This document shows positions 23,690 to 36,548 of a stretch of 64,000 bases of DNA, piece after piece. How positions within the stretch are numbered: the first letter of the stretch is position 1; each line of letters starts with the position of its first letter. The DNA lies in contig NW_003314321.1 in the NCBI RefSeq assembly GCF_000143415.4, positions 692,236-756,235 on the forward strand. Reading direction: 5' to 3'. The notes below the pieces were generated by a model. That model saw nothing but the letters and a program-made list of their open reading frames with translations, made no database searches and was not told the origin of the DNA. The DNA is from Selaginella moellendorffii (taxonomy: Eukaryota > Plantae > Lycopodiophyta). Position numbers and translations under genes: made by a program.

Positions 23690-25666
23690 ATGGACAGGCA
23701 TGCCTGCTTGGAGCGTCTCAATGCGTGCCATACGCTCCCACAGTCCCAAGAGATGGCCACTACCGTACGGAGCCACTTCCCTCACGACCTCTTCATGCAG
23801 AACAAGCTCATCGAGATGTACGGTCGGTGTGGCGCCGTGGATGCCGCCCGGCGAATATTCGATGCCGTCGACGCCAAGAATGCCTTCTCATGGAATCTCA
23901 TGCTCACGGCATATTCCAGGAACGGGCGCTTGGAAGATGCCAGGGATGTGTTTGAGACGATGCCCGCGAGGGACATGGTGACCTGGACGGCCATGCTGAC
24001 TGGATATGCCCAACACGGGTATATTCCTCAGGCCGAGGCTTTGCTCCATGAGATGCCCCAAGCGAATCTTCCTTGCTGGACGGCGGTGTTGGTCGCATAT
24101 TCCGAGAATAAAAAGCTTGATCTTGCACAGATGCTGTTTGATGAAATTCCTCAAAGGGATTTGGTGTGCTGGACGGCCATGGTAGCAGCATATGCCAGGA
24201 ACGGGTATGTTTTCCAGGCTAAACATCTTTTTGACGAGATGCCCGAAAGGAATGTTTTTACGTGGACTTTGATGCTATCTGTCTACTCGGAGAACGATTG
24301 TGTTGATGAAACCAAGTCGATGTTTGATGAAATGCCCGAGAGAAACCTCGTCTCATACAATGCCATGATTTCTGTGTATGCCTCGTCTGGGCATTTGCAG
24401 CAAGCAAAAGAGATGTTCGATCATCTACCGGAACGTAATTTAGTTTCGTGGACAAGCATGATCACTGCCTATTCTGTTTACAGTGATGTAAATCAATCGA
24501 AAGAAACATTTGACGCCATGCCGGAGCAAAATCTCGTGTCATGGAATGCATTACTCTCAACTTATGCCCAGAATCCTGGTTACTTTGAATCTGCGAGGCT
24601 GATATTTGAAAGCATGCCTCAGAGAAACCAGATCTCGTGGAATGCGATGTTGTTGGCATGCGCCGACAACGGGTTTCTCAAAGATGGCGAGAGAATATTC
24701 TCTCAAATGCCGGAGCGGACGCTGGTGACCTGGACTACAATGGTCCTGGCATATGCCCGAAACGGGCATATCCAGTCGGCAAAGACAATGTTTGGCGCGA
24801 TGAGTCAGCATAGCCTAGTGACGTGGACAGCAATGCTGGCAGCTTACGCGGACAATGGCCTGCTAGAGGACGCCCGGCAAACGTTCCTGAAAATGCCGGA
24901 AAAGAACCTGGTGACATGGACGTCTATGCTCACTGTATATGCCCACAACGGGTATCTAGAAGAAGCGACTCAAGTCTTTGATCATATGCCCGAGCGAGAT
25001 CTTGTTTCCTGGAATGCGATTCTCACAGTGAACGCAATGCACAATCAGTTTGAGCAATCACAGTGTATTTTTTATTCGATGCCCGCGCAAGACACTGGAA
25101 CCTGGAACATTATGCTCGCACTGTACACACGGAACGGGCATATCTGGAAAGCGAAGAAACTCTTTGATCAAATCCCGGACAAGAGCCTCGTCTCATGGAC
25201 ACCAATGCTAGCTGCGTATTCGCGAAACGGGCACACCCAGAAAGCCTTGATCATGGCGGAAACGATGAAGCTGCTGGACATGGCGGACGAGGTTTGCTTC
25301 CTGGAGCTTCTCATCGCTTGCAGCCATGGAGGCAAGCTCTACGTTGGCTTGAGGAGCTTCGTGTCGATGCAAATGGATTACCACCTTAAGCCCACCAAGC
25401 AGCACTACTGTTGCATGGTCGATCTTCTTGGGCGGGCCGGGTATCTTGACGAAGCTCTGGAACTTATCAAGACCATGGCGTTTGTTCCCGATGTGTTGGA
25501 GTGGACGTGCTTCCTCGCAGCGTGCAGGAGCCACAGCAAGTCCGAGTATGGCGCTAGAGCTGTCAAGAACCTCTTGAACTCTCCCACCTTGTTGGATGGA
25601 ACTTTGTATCGTTTGCTGGCCAATACTTTGGCGATCCGGAATCGGCTTGAGACGATGGCTCGTTGA
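23690..25666 (+). CDS. PLS-class PPR protein (SS-rich, truncated E domain, no DYW); the real start may be the later Met in MATTVRS
   Basis: 658-aa ORF with a long run of tandem 31-aa motifs and HYCCMVDLLGRAG. Confidence 0.92.
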   Translation: MDRHACLERLNACHTLPQSQEMATTVRSHFPHDLFMQNKLIEMYGRCGAVDAARRIFDAVDAKNAFSWNLMLTAYSRNGRLEDARDVFETMPARDMVTWTAMLTGYAQHGYIPQAEALLHEMPQANLPCWTAVLVAYSENKKLDLAQMLFDEIPQRDLVCWTAMVAAYARNGYVFQAKHLFDEMPERNVFTWTLMLSVYSENDCVDETKSMFDEMPERNLVSYNAMISVYASSGHLQQAKEMFDHLPERNLVSWTSMITAYSVYSDVNQSKETFDAMPEQNLVSWNALLSTYAQNPGYFESARLIFESMPQRNQISWNAMLLACADNGFLKDGERIFSQMPERTLVTWTTMVLAYARNGHIQSAKTMFGAMSQHSLVTWTAMLAAYADNGLLEDARQTFLKMPEKNLVTWTSMLTVYAHNGYLEEATQVFDHMPERDLVSWNAILTVNAMHNQFEQSQCIFYSMPAQDTGTWNIMLALYTRNGHIWKAKKLFDQIPDKSLVSWTPMLAAYSRNGHTQKALIMAETMKLLDMADEVCFLELLIACSHGGKLYVGLRSFVSMQMDYHLKPTKQHYCCMVDLLGRAGYLDEALELIKTMAFVPDVLEWTCFLAACRSHSKSEYGARAVKNLLNSPTLLDGTLYRLLANTLAIRNRLETMAR

Positions 25667-27633
25667 TTTCTCTCTGCAAAGGTTCCTTCTCCCAGGAAGA
25701 TCTACATCCACACTGGCGGATCAGTCAGTGTTTCCTGGATCTTTGAATGTATGTTTGAAAAGCTAAGGAGTCCAGCAAGAACAAAGATTAAGAACAGTGA
25801 CACGTTGCGCCCCGCATCGAGATTGTGACTTGGTAGGTTTGTCATCCACCAAAACTACAGAATCTGGCCGATTTTTCACCACTTTAGCGCATTCTCGGAG
25901 TAAACTATATTTTCTTGGATGGAAGGTCTGGGCTTGAAAGCTTTAGATGAAGAGCTTGGATCTCGGGAACAACGCAAACTTACGTAAGAAAGGGTGACGT
26001 AACCGGATCACCACCGTAGAGATATCCAGCACATGGAGTTGGGGTACGGTATCTCCCGGTATAGTTATACTCCTCGATCGGGCAAGTTGGCCTCGGCCGG
26101 AGATGAAAACTCTAAAACGAGTGTTTCTTGCACGTGAAACCGGGTTGGCATCCACTCGGTCGCAGTACCTCGCAAATCCCAGAAAGAGTTTTCTGGCGAG
26201 AGCGCGACACAGTTTGAGAAAGAGATAGAAATCGGCAGCAAGGCAATCCAGGAAACCAACAACAGGGCTACATAGGCGTACGAGGATTTTCATTCTATTT
26301 CGAAACAAAGGTCGAGCAATCTCCCAGAAAATTGAGACCTGTTCGGAGGGAGCAGATTAAACAAGGAGTTTGTGGAAAGGCTGGTCATGTTGATGCCTCT
26401 TTTTAATTCTGAAGGCAAAGAGAATCCATGATAAACTAATTGGTTCTCTCGATTGTTCCAGAGTGATCGTCCAAGTACGTACGAAAGCGTGGAAGATCCA
26501 AAATTCTCCCAAGTTTATGCTCGTGGAAGGAAAGCTCCTCAAACCGGATCAATCTTCCTGAGATTTTTTTTTTTCAAGTCTTCTTTGCCATCCTTCGCTT
26601 TGGATTCAGCACCGACGAATTCTTTCGGAAAATGGGAGCAGGATGAATCAAATTCCTTGTGGCAGTACGTCAAATGGAGACACCAACCAACCAGAATGGT
26701 TTTTTTTAGTGGAGAAGGACTCACGAATAAATCACGTCAAAAAAGGTAAGGGAGGAAAACGATCTTTCGATCAAAGATGGATCTTCAAAACAACTGTCAA
26801 GTTCATCGTTGTTCGCGATTCGTCTTCATTTACTAAGGCTGGAACAAAATCCTCGTCTTTTCGAGGAGGGATCGATCGATCGAAATCGTAGAAAGTAGAG
26901 AGAAAACCGAGAAAAAGGAAAGACAAGAAATCTGGAAGTTAAGCTAATAGGAAAGAGAAATGGAAGGGCCCAAAGAGATGTGACGAAGAACAAGTTCTAG
27001 CCCGTGTGTCAGTCGTGAAGTTGGTCACTCGTCATCTTTCAGTCGTGCTTTCAATCCTCCCTTTTGGCGGACCGGATCTAACAATCCCCTCCTTAAGTAT
27101 CGAGTAACTTTCCTGGGCGACCGAAAGAACCGACGGAAGCAATGATCTTGATGGAAGAAAAGAAAGCAGGATCTTGTTAATCTCGAGCCATGGTGAGCTT
27201 TGATTTTTCCAAGAATTTCCTTTCTACCCGCGTAGTAACTTCTAGCGTGGATTTATAAAAGTCCCAGCATCGAAAACCGGTCTCTGTCTTGAGCTGGTCC
27301 GCCACACACTGCTCTGCTCGCTCGCTCATCTCTAAAGTCCCATCTTTTCCATACCTTCTCCATCTTTCTCGCATCTCTCTCCCACTCCCATCTTCCTTCC
27401 ACTCACAGACATCTCTTTCTCTCTTTTGCTGCTCGTCCAGCCGGACTCGCGAACTAATATCTCGCTCTCGCCCAATCTGGCCACTATCTATCACGCGAAG
27501 AACAAAGTGGTCCTTCCGGGAGAGAAAGAGAAAGAGAGCTCCAAAGTGATATAAAGCTTTGATCTTTGGTCTGAAAGGAAGCTCTTCAGTCACTTCAATC
27601 AATCGAGCACTTGTGGAATTGTTATCCTTGGAA

Positions 27634-29068
27634 ATGAAGGTATTCTTTTTGTTGTTTTTTCTTTCTTTGATGATCTGATCTGAGCTTGGAGTGATGGATT
27701 TCTAGTTGTTTGATTGGATCAGCCGGAAGCCCAACAAGGATCAGGCAGCCTCCAATGCAGCTGGTGAGTTTCTCTTGAAATCCCCGACACCGACATAGGA
27801 TAGATCGAAGAAGAAGAGTTTTTTTTTGCGTTCCTTGGCAACTTAAAACTAAAAAGTTCTCGTTTGAATTCTTGTAGATCTTCTTCCTCGCCTCCAAAAT
27901 CCGCAAAATCAGCGGCAGCACCAGCAGCAAGTCTTGAAGAAATCCGTCCATGCCGTGCAATCCAAGCTGCTCAAGCTCAACCAGTTCTTCGATCAGGATC
28001 CAAGCGAGCCATCGTCAAAACGGCGAGAGATCGTCAAGATCTTCGTCAACCACGAAGAGTATGGATTGCTGGCGATTGGAACGCTGGGACTGTACGATGT
28101 GTCTGGCGTGGAGCCAGAGATCGAGCTCTTCGAGGTGACGCCGAATCTGTCATTCCAACCAGATGGCCTCAAAGTTGAGCAAGAAAAACTCCAAGAGAAA
28201 GAGGAAAATGGAGCTCTAGTTCTCCGCAAGCCAAGCGCCAATGGAAGCAAGAAAGTCGTTCCTCTAGATCCAAGCACACTCATTGGAGGAACAAAGCTGC
28301 TCAAGAGATCCAAGCTGCTGGATCGACTCCTCCATCCTCTCACCCATCTCACTCCCAGCTTCAAAACCACTCCTGCGCAAGACGATCATCCCGAGCCCGG
28401 CAAGAAAAGCAAGAGCTTATCTCTCTTCAAGAAGCTCGTCCTTGGAAACTCCAGCCCCGTGAACAAGGTACGAAAAAAAAAAAGCTCTTTTTTCTTTCTC
28501 CTGTGACTGAACAGAAACTTCCCGAGCAGCAAATCACTAGCGACACTCGGAACAGTAGCAAGAAGAACAGTAGCCTGGAAACCCGTGCCATCCATAACAA
28601 TCACCATAGCCATCACAGTAGCAATCACAGCAGTAGCGGCAACTCGAGGAGAAGACCCAAGCCATCGTCTCTCTTCGCCTGCGTGAGCTTGCAAGTGGAA
28701 GAAGGAGACACCGAGGAGGAGGAGGAGGAGGAGCGAGAGGCCGAGGTGGAGGTCATGGAGGCCGAGGAGCAAGAGCTTGCAGGAGTTGGAGCTGGAGGAG
28801 TAAAACCTTCGGTTGCTCTGTCACCATCTCCGAGCACCGGATGTGCTGCGTGTTCTGTTCCAGGGGACCCAAACCCAGTCCACCAGCAAACATGTGCCAA
28901 GCCAGAGTATTGGATCCGGACCGATTCCGATTGTAAGTTTCTCGCATCTCTCTCTCTTTTTTTTTCTTCTCGTTCGTCCGGCCTCTCGCTGATATTTTTT
29001 TGGTTCTCTCTCTCTTTTTTTTGCTTTTTCTGTTTATGCTTGTAACAGATGTTGTGCTGGAGCTGTAA
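27634..29068 (+). CDS. IGT-family LAZY/DRO1-like gravitropism protein (5 exons)
   Basis: A two-codon first exon (ATG AAG) splices to LFDWISRK. GLLAIGTLG (IGT) motif. The C-terminal WIRTDSDYVVLEL* is completed by a tiny last exon (29049-29068). Confidence 0.9.
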
Positions 29069-29436
29069 GGAGGTGGAAGTGGAAGCAGCGGAAGTGAGGA
29101 CAAAGGAAGAAGAAAACAGATGCACTGCTTACGGCTCTTCCTGATCTTGTGTTGGTGTGTTTCGGATTTTGTTGCTTGATCTCAACCGAAACTTAGAAGC
29201 CCAGGCCATGCATGGCATGTTCTTGACTATGTTGTACATCCGAAGTCTCTGTTTGTACATAAAATAAAACCAAATGGAGGAAGAACAAAACAAAAACGAA
29301 GAAAACCACGTCCGTAGTGGAGAGGATTAGAAATATTGACAACGAGAAGTTAAAACGCGAAAGAAGCAATGGAAATCGAAGGCGCAAAACGATCGTTGTT
29401 GCGTAATGAATGGATCAAGAAAGACTTTTGGTGGAG

Positions 29437-31950
29437 CTACTGCTGGTCGTGGAGAATACTCCAGCTGCACAGCAAAAGGACGAGGAGACCAATCATGGGA
29501 GGAGCGATTCGTGGCGGAGAAGTGGAAGGAAACGAGCGGGGCTGCGATGGCTGCTGCTGCTGAGAGTCTGGACTTCCATCGTCCGAGTTTTGGGCCACCT
29601 GCGGAGTGTTTGTGGTGTTGCAAACGCCTCGAGCGAGGTCAGCCTGCAAAAAGCTCGCAAAGATTAATCATGAAACAAGGAAAGCAACGATAAAGAAAGA
29701 GTATAGCTATCTGGATGGAAACTATAAGTAATACGTCGGGACCCTGGAAGATGATGGAAAACGCAGAGACAAGAAAAGAAAGAACTAAAAAACTAGGAGG
29801 GAACGAAGCAACGCCAACAACAAAGTAACAACAGTGAGGCAACAACGAAAGCACACCAAAAGGCAAGAAATAAGAAATGAGAAAATGGATAGGAAACACT
29901 GACCTGGCACTCGTGAACATCACCACATCCACACAAAATGTTCCCATTTAATACGTCTACTGCTTGGAATGATCCTCCGCCAGTACTTCTCTGAGGAAAT
30001 CAACAGCAGCGATTAGAAAAAAAGAAGGAAACAACTAAAAAACTCTGGCAACTTTAGAGTCACAAACATAAAGGTGAAAGAGAGAAAGAAAGCGCATTGT
30101 AATGATAGACGGTCATACCTTGTAGAAATCCACAGCCAGGAAATTCGCCCATCGATTTCCAGCAGCGTTGTGGCAGGCACTTATAACTTGAGATAGAGGC
30201 CGGGAGTTGTCACGGCAGGCTTGAGTGTCCGCTGGATTTGTGGGGAAGTAATTCTCGAGGAAGAGTGAGACTCCCTTGTTGTCCAAAGCTGTGGATTCTG
30301 CTCGCTTGCTGCATTGTCCTGGCTGTAAGCCACCATCTCCGTCTGTTTGGTGGTCACCACCGAGGTAAACTCGTTAGAAAACTTAAAAACAGTGAAGGAA
30401 GTGAGCTCACAGTTCTAACGAGAAACTCGTTAGAGAACTTTAGATACTAGAGGTAAGGAAGTGAGCTCACAGTTCTAAGTGGTAGAGCTCAAACTTAAGC
30501 AGACAGTAGAAGGATTCTAAAGAACTAGAGCGGACAGCAGAAGGAATGGATCTTTCAAAGAAGAACTTAGAGCCGAGACAAGAGCGAACGAGGAAGAATG
30601 CAACGACCGAAGATGGTGATGCAAGGAAAAGGAGAAAGAAACTCGTTAGAAAACTTTAAAGCTTCCATGAGACAGTGAACACGAAGATACTACAGGTAAG
30701 GAAGTGAGCTCACTGTTCTAAAGAACTAGAGCTCAGAATTTAAAGACCTACAGCTCAAACTTAGCAGAAGAAGGATTCTAAAGAACTAAAGCTCAAACAT
30801 CAGCATCTGGCAGTAAAAGAAATGGATCTTCCAAGAACATCGAAGAGAAAAAGAGGAAGAATGAAACGAGGAAAGATGGTCATGCAAGGAGACGAGAGCT
30901 TACACTGGTTCTCGACCACATATCGCCACTGGTAAGCAATGCCTTCGCTGGATTCCTTGGAGGAGATGGACGTGAAAACCACCAAGCGCTGATTGTTGGC
31001 TACCATGTTGGCGACGCTAGGCCAGTCGGAGCCATCCTTGGGCATCCGAGACACTGGAAACCAGTACTTCCTCAAGCCAGCGTTTGCGAACAGCGTGGAG
31101 ACAGCGTTTGATCTCCTCACGTAGTCCTCGATGAAGATGGTAATAACTTCCGACGGGTTTTGCGACATGAACGTCTCGATTTCCCTGAGCGTGTTGATCG
31201 CTGGTTGCTACATAGAAAAACGCACAGCGATCAGAGCCAGGACTAACAAAGACTACAAAAGCTTGCGAGAAACTTTACAAAGGCAGTGAAGTTCTGGCAC
31301 TGGCCTTGAAAAGAATGGCACAACCAAATATCGTTCATAAAGTCGTACATGTCGAGCATCAATCCCCGTACTCCGTTCTGGCGAGAGATCAAACCCGTGA
31401 GATAGAGAAACCAAAAGCAAGACAAGATGGTATACAAAACTAGCGCTTGATCTGTAAAAACCAACCTGGAGCTGCTGCGTGACACTATCTTCTTGATTGT
31501 CAAACGTGAGAATGGGAGTTCCCGTGAGCGATGGCGATCCTTTTATCGAGAAGGAATTGTGTGTAGTCAGCCACGAGTACTTGTTGAAAGGCATTGAGTT
31601 ATTCTGTAGAAAGGAGAATGGAACTGATCAACAAAGAAGAACGCGTGAAAAGACAAAGAAGAAAAAGCCTACCAGCCCAAGAACATTGAAAGACTGGGTC
31701 CTTAAACATCTAGTCGCATTTGTACACAGGTTGGAGCAGGCAAGTCCCGGCATACAATCGGACGTTTGCGAGCACGACTCCGCAATCTGCTCGTGGAGAC
31801 CATCACCCAATATCGATCGATCAGGAAGTAGCGAGAAAATCGAGGAAAACTTGCCTTACATTGGCCGTTGTCGCATGCTTGAATCCCTCCAAAGAGGGCA
31901 AATGAGAGGAGAAGTGGGAAGAATGTGACGAGAGCCGATCCTCGATCCAT
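29437..31950 (-). CDS. PI-PLC X-domain-containing protein, signal peptide and probable GPI anchor (multi-exon)
   Basis: PFNKYSWLTTHNSF, NGVRGLMLDMYDF..DIWLCHS, SEVITIFIEDYV and RWANFLAVDFYK. Hydrophobic N- and C-termini. Confidence 0.88.
30365..30840. repeat. Intronic patchwork of internal duplications
   Basis: aaactcgttagaaaactt, ggaagtgagctcac(a/t)gttctaa and gaaggattctaaagaact each recur 2-3 times in this unusually long intron. Confidence 0.7.
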
Positions 31951-32549
31951 GGGAGTACAATCTGCCACAAAGTTTGATACCACGAAATCATCAAAAAGAA
32001 ATACTAAACAATTAACAGTGTGTGAGAGAGAGAGAAATCTACGAACCCAATTGGGAAGGCATCAATCACAGGGCATCGCACATACCTCTCTAAAAGGAAT
32101 CCAGAGCACCCCACAAAGCTTGACTGATGACCACCGGGAGAGCTTGAATCTATCGATCGATCCAGAAAAACTTGGAAGCAAGGAAGATCTGTGCGCGAGA
32201 AAGCAGTGGCCTGCAAGAAAACGAATGAAGGGACCGACCCAACAACGCCTCCCTTTCTCTGGACCCGGCTAGATGAAAGAATAACTGGGAGTGATGCTGA
32301 CCGATTCTTGTTGTTGGGTGGGTGCTTTTTTTACTAACCTTTGCTTTTGACTGTGACAACAGAAATAAAGATTAAAATAAAGAGCTACCTAGCTCAATAA
32401 GAAGAAGATACGTGGAGGATGTTTACACATATATGGGAAAAATAAATAATTTTCATTGACAATAATGTGCACTTCATGGGAGGTACACAGCTTGGGGTAG
32501 CTTGTGTTTCAGCATATATAAAATATATAAATTCAAACAATATGTGTTT

Positions 32550-34799
32550 TTGAGTGTTTGGGTTATAAATAGATATATTAATTAGGGTTTAAATCCTTGC
32601 TTATATATAAGAATGAATAGATTAAATTCAGTCCTAAATGAATGGTGTATATGTTTTAATATTATAACTAATGTATTACCTAGCCAAGGTAATAAATGTG
32701 TATACATATATATATATTTACAAACTTTACACCATCCTCCCTTCCAAAAGATGAAAAATTGAAGAAAATAAATTAAATGAAATATTTGAAGTTTTTACTA
32801 AGTAATTATAAATTACCACAAGAATCTAAAGTTCCCACAAAACCACCAATAAAATTGTTGATAACCATGACTGAAATAAAACTTAAAGCCATGGCATATA
32901 ACAAATAATACATCTCATCTTTAAGTCTACATGTCGATAATCTTCTAAGACAACCATTAACTTAGTTTTAAGACTATAAGTATAACAAACATCATCCTCA
33001 TCTAACACCACATATAAAAAGTTGAACTCACTCCATTAATCTTTCACATTTTTCTTATCCCCTCCTTAAAGAAAAAAAAAGTTCTGAAACACTAGCTCTA
33101 TTCAAGCTTATTGTGCTCATCTTCACTCTACCATCTATGTTCAACCTCACTTCACTATTGCATTCATTCAGCCTCATTACATTAGGGTTAGATGTTTCGT
33201 TCGAATTCACTATATTCGTCCTCACTCCACAATCCACGTCATTCATCTTCACTCTATTATTGGGGTTGCACTTTCATCTATCTCCTTTACCCCCTCCTCC
33301 AAAGAAAAAAAAGTTTGGAGTGTTGGGGCAAAAAGGAGAAAATAAGAAAAATTGAGGAAAAACAATTATGGAAGAAGAAAAAATAAATAAATAAAAAATT
33401 AGAAGAGGAATTTGCAATAGTTGATAATGCAAAAATGAGGAAATTAAAAGAAGGACATATGCTCAAAGTTTAGAAAAAAAGGGACTTCCTATCATAAAAT
33501 ACTTTGGCCATCACAATATAATTAAACGATTCACATCATTCAACCTCTTTAACATACAATTGAATAGCATTTGATATGGGAAAATTAATAATAATATCCA
33601 TGTGCTAAGGAATGCAAAAACCCTTCAAGGTAAAGCAAAGGTTTTTAGCAGCACTCATAAATAGGGACATGCATTTAACTTGAAACTCTAGCCAAAGTTA
33701 CTCAACTCTTAGAACAGGGGAATACTCAACACTAGAATAGATTAAATATTCTTTCAATGAAACAAAAATAAAATTCTCAACTTCATGCATACACTTAATC
33801 TTTAAATTAATATAAGGAGGACATAAAACACTCAATTCAAAACTAAATTGAGAATAAGAATCATGAGAGTCACAAATAATCAATGCGTTAGAAGAAGAAA
33901 ACACTACAAATGAGGAAAAATTCTAAAAATATAAAAAAGTGGCTCAGGTTAAGAAATAAGAAAAAGTTAGGAAAGAGCTGAAGGTAAAGAGAAAGGATCA
34001 GATAATAGATTGAAAGATTTACACTTACCTCGCGAAATCTCTACTTCATCTCCAAAACTATCTCCATAATAATTAAGTTCTTCATTCTAATCCGAAATCC
34101 ATTCAAGTTTATAAACATCATCTTCCCATAAACTTGATTCTCGAACATTCTTCAAGAACCAGATTACATTATCCATAGTTTGCCAATAAATGACACAATC
34201 ATGTTCCACATAACGTGGGATGTGATTGCATAGCTTATCATGTTTTTAGTGTTTCACCATTTCTTGTAAAGTTGGAGACAGTAACACACTAAAGATGGGC
34301 ATAACACTAATATGATCACACCCTATAACACCAAAAGTTTGATCTAATGAAGCAACATTAGCAACCTCAAGTGACATACTCCTTGATTGATGATGATATG
34401 GCATGATATAAAAAGAGAATGTACATAAGAAAGAGCAAATCTAAGCATAGTGATAACTAAAATTCTAGATCTTGCAAAAAGTTAATACAAATCTAAATCT
34501 AAAACAGAATGAAGAAATAAAAACAAAAAATACGATCCTAAACACTAAAGTAAAGTATTTTGCCCTTCAGGGAGAAATTGCAATGCCCCTCAATTCCACC
34601 AATGTGAGTGCTTGGGATATGGGAATAGGTATATTAATTAGGTTTAAGCCATTATTTATATACAAAAATAGATGAACCAGATTTAGTCATAAATGGACCA
34701 TCTATATGCTTTAGTACTATAATTAGATTAGTATATTACCTAGGTAAAGTAATCTATATATATCTGTATATATATGTGTGTGTACTTACAAACCTTACA
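32550..34799 (-). mobile_element. Decayed non-autonomous LTR retroelement (about 2.25 kb)
   Basis: Related LTRs at 32550-32731 and 34603-34799 (TGTGAG...CTTACA). TSD TGTTT at 32545-32549 and 34800-34804. PPT (reverse complement ggaagggaggatgg) next to 32731. PBS-like TGGTGGAATTGAGGGG next to 34603. Confidence 0.7.
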
Positions 34800-35074
34800 T
34801 GTTTAAATTTTCTAAACATATATATATAACTCACAAAATAATCCTTTAAACACCATTTTTTTAAAGTATATTTTTATGACCATGTTAATTATTTCCTCTT
34901 GAAGATGATTTATTTATCAACCTAATCAAATAAACCAAGCATCATGCCAAAAAGAGTGTTAACTATAAGCCTCCATACTCTAATTGTTGCCACTACCAAT
35001 TATGCTAAAATTCATAAATTGACTATGTGTTCACAATTTTTAGTGGTTATATACATCTTAGCATTGATTTAGAG

Positions 35075-35370
35075 TTTGACACCTTACCCCTTGGGTTGAG
35101 CCTAACAAGAAGTAAACTAAACTTGTTAGATATCAATTTCAATATATGGTGTGATTCTCTTATTCAACCAATAGAGTTAAATTTGAAACCCCTCTGATAT
35201 TAAATGTAAGTTTATGAATTTAAACTTCTTGGGAACTAACCTAACCTAATATTTATCCCAAAACCCTTAATTGATTGGAAAATGAAATGCACTTTTGTTC
35301 ATGAGCTTTTTCTCTTTACATTTAAACCCTTATAGACTATCCCTCAAGTCATTTTTTATGGTTGCTTATA
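35075..35370 (-). mobile_element. Heavily decayed Cassandra copy (partial internal region plus LTR 35205-35370, 5S segment partly deleted)
   Basis: Colinear with 824-1140, including cccctctgata..aaatgtaag and ggttgcttata. Confidence 0.8.
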
Positions 35371-36548
35371 GAAGTAAAACAAGGGTTTAATATAGGGGAG
35401 ATGGTAATAAATGAAATTATCAGTGGATTGATAGAAATTATGATGTTATATAGTGTGTTCGATGAACTAGAGTGCACAATCTTACTATTGCCAATATGTT
35501 CGAGACAATTTTTATATTTTCTTGCCACCCAATTACAACATAACATTTAACAATCTTAGATGTATTTGCATGTTATTAGCAATTTTAGTTACATGGGTTT
35601 AATTTGTATATGGCATTCCTAATGCCAAAATTAAAGTTCATACAATTAACAATTATATTTCAATTGCAATCAAAACTTGATTGTATGAATATATATACAA
35701 ACATAATATTATGTGCAAATCAAAGCAAATATATATATCTATACATGTGTAAATATATAATAGTATAATCATTGCCATAGATAGGTAGTGGAAAAATAAG
35801 TATGTATTTTTAAAGTGTTAAAAAATTTCATATATGAAACCAAAATAATATTTGCTAGATATGAAAAAACAATTACATATTAATACCACATATGGAAAAA
35901 AATTTCTAAATTATATTTGCAGGCAGATAAATCCAATAGTGCACTTGCTAGGAGCTGCATATGAATTACAAGCCCAAAGAGAGGAGGAAGAAACAGCAAT
36001 ACAAGAAATTTTTTCTTTAATATTGTAAATTTAGTATTTTATTTCTTTTTTAATATTGGAATTTTAGTAATTCACACCATAAATTTCATTTAGCATACTA
36101 AATTCTTTGCCACTACATTCTTCTTGAGTTATTTAGGTAGTGTGAAGGTTACAAAATAAACTCTAGATCTCACATTTGTCAATGTCATTATTATAGCAAA
36201 ATATTATATTTTTATGCTCTAAATTGTAATTTTTAATAATTCCACTTTTATGCCCCATAAAGTAAAAAAAATTATTTAGCTAGTTAGTGAGTTTAAATGT
36301 TATTAATTGTCATCCCAAAAGTGAAGCCAACTCTTTCTTTTGTGTTCATTTTTATATATTTTGATTGATTAATTAACTAATATTAGACATACTATTTCTC
36401 CTTTCTCTCTAGATTATTATTTTTAAAATGTTATAAACTATTGATCAATTGTTCTAAAGTAGTGAACCAACAATTTACAACTTTATGCTACTGTGCTAAA
36501 AGATTTTTTTTTTCTCTAGCAAGAATTAAATAGGTTAAATGACTTTTT

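Noticed and set aside
26970-27040. miRNA-like hairpin upstream of the LAZY gene
   Set aside because: Pairing is short and imperfect, with no match to conserved miRNAs I recall.
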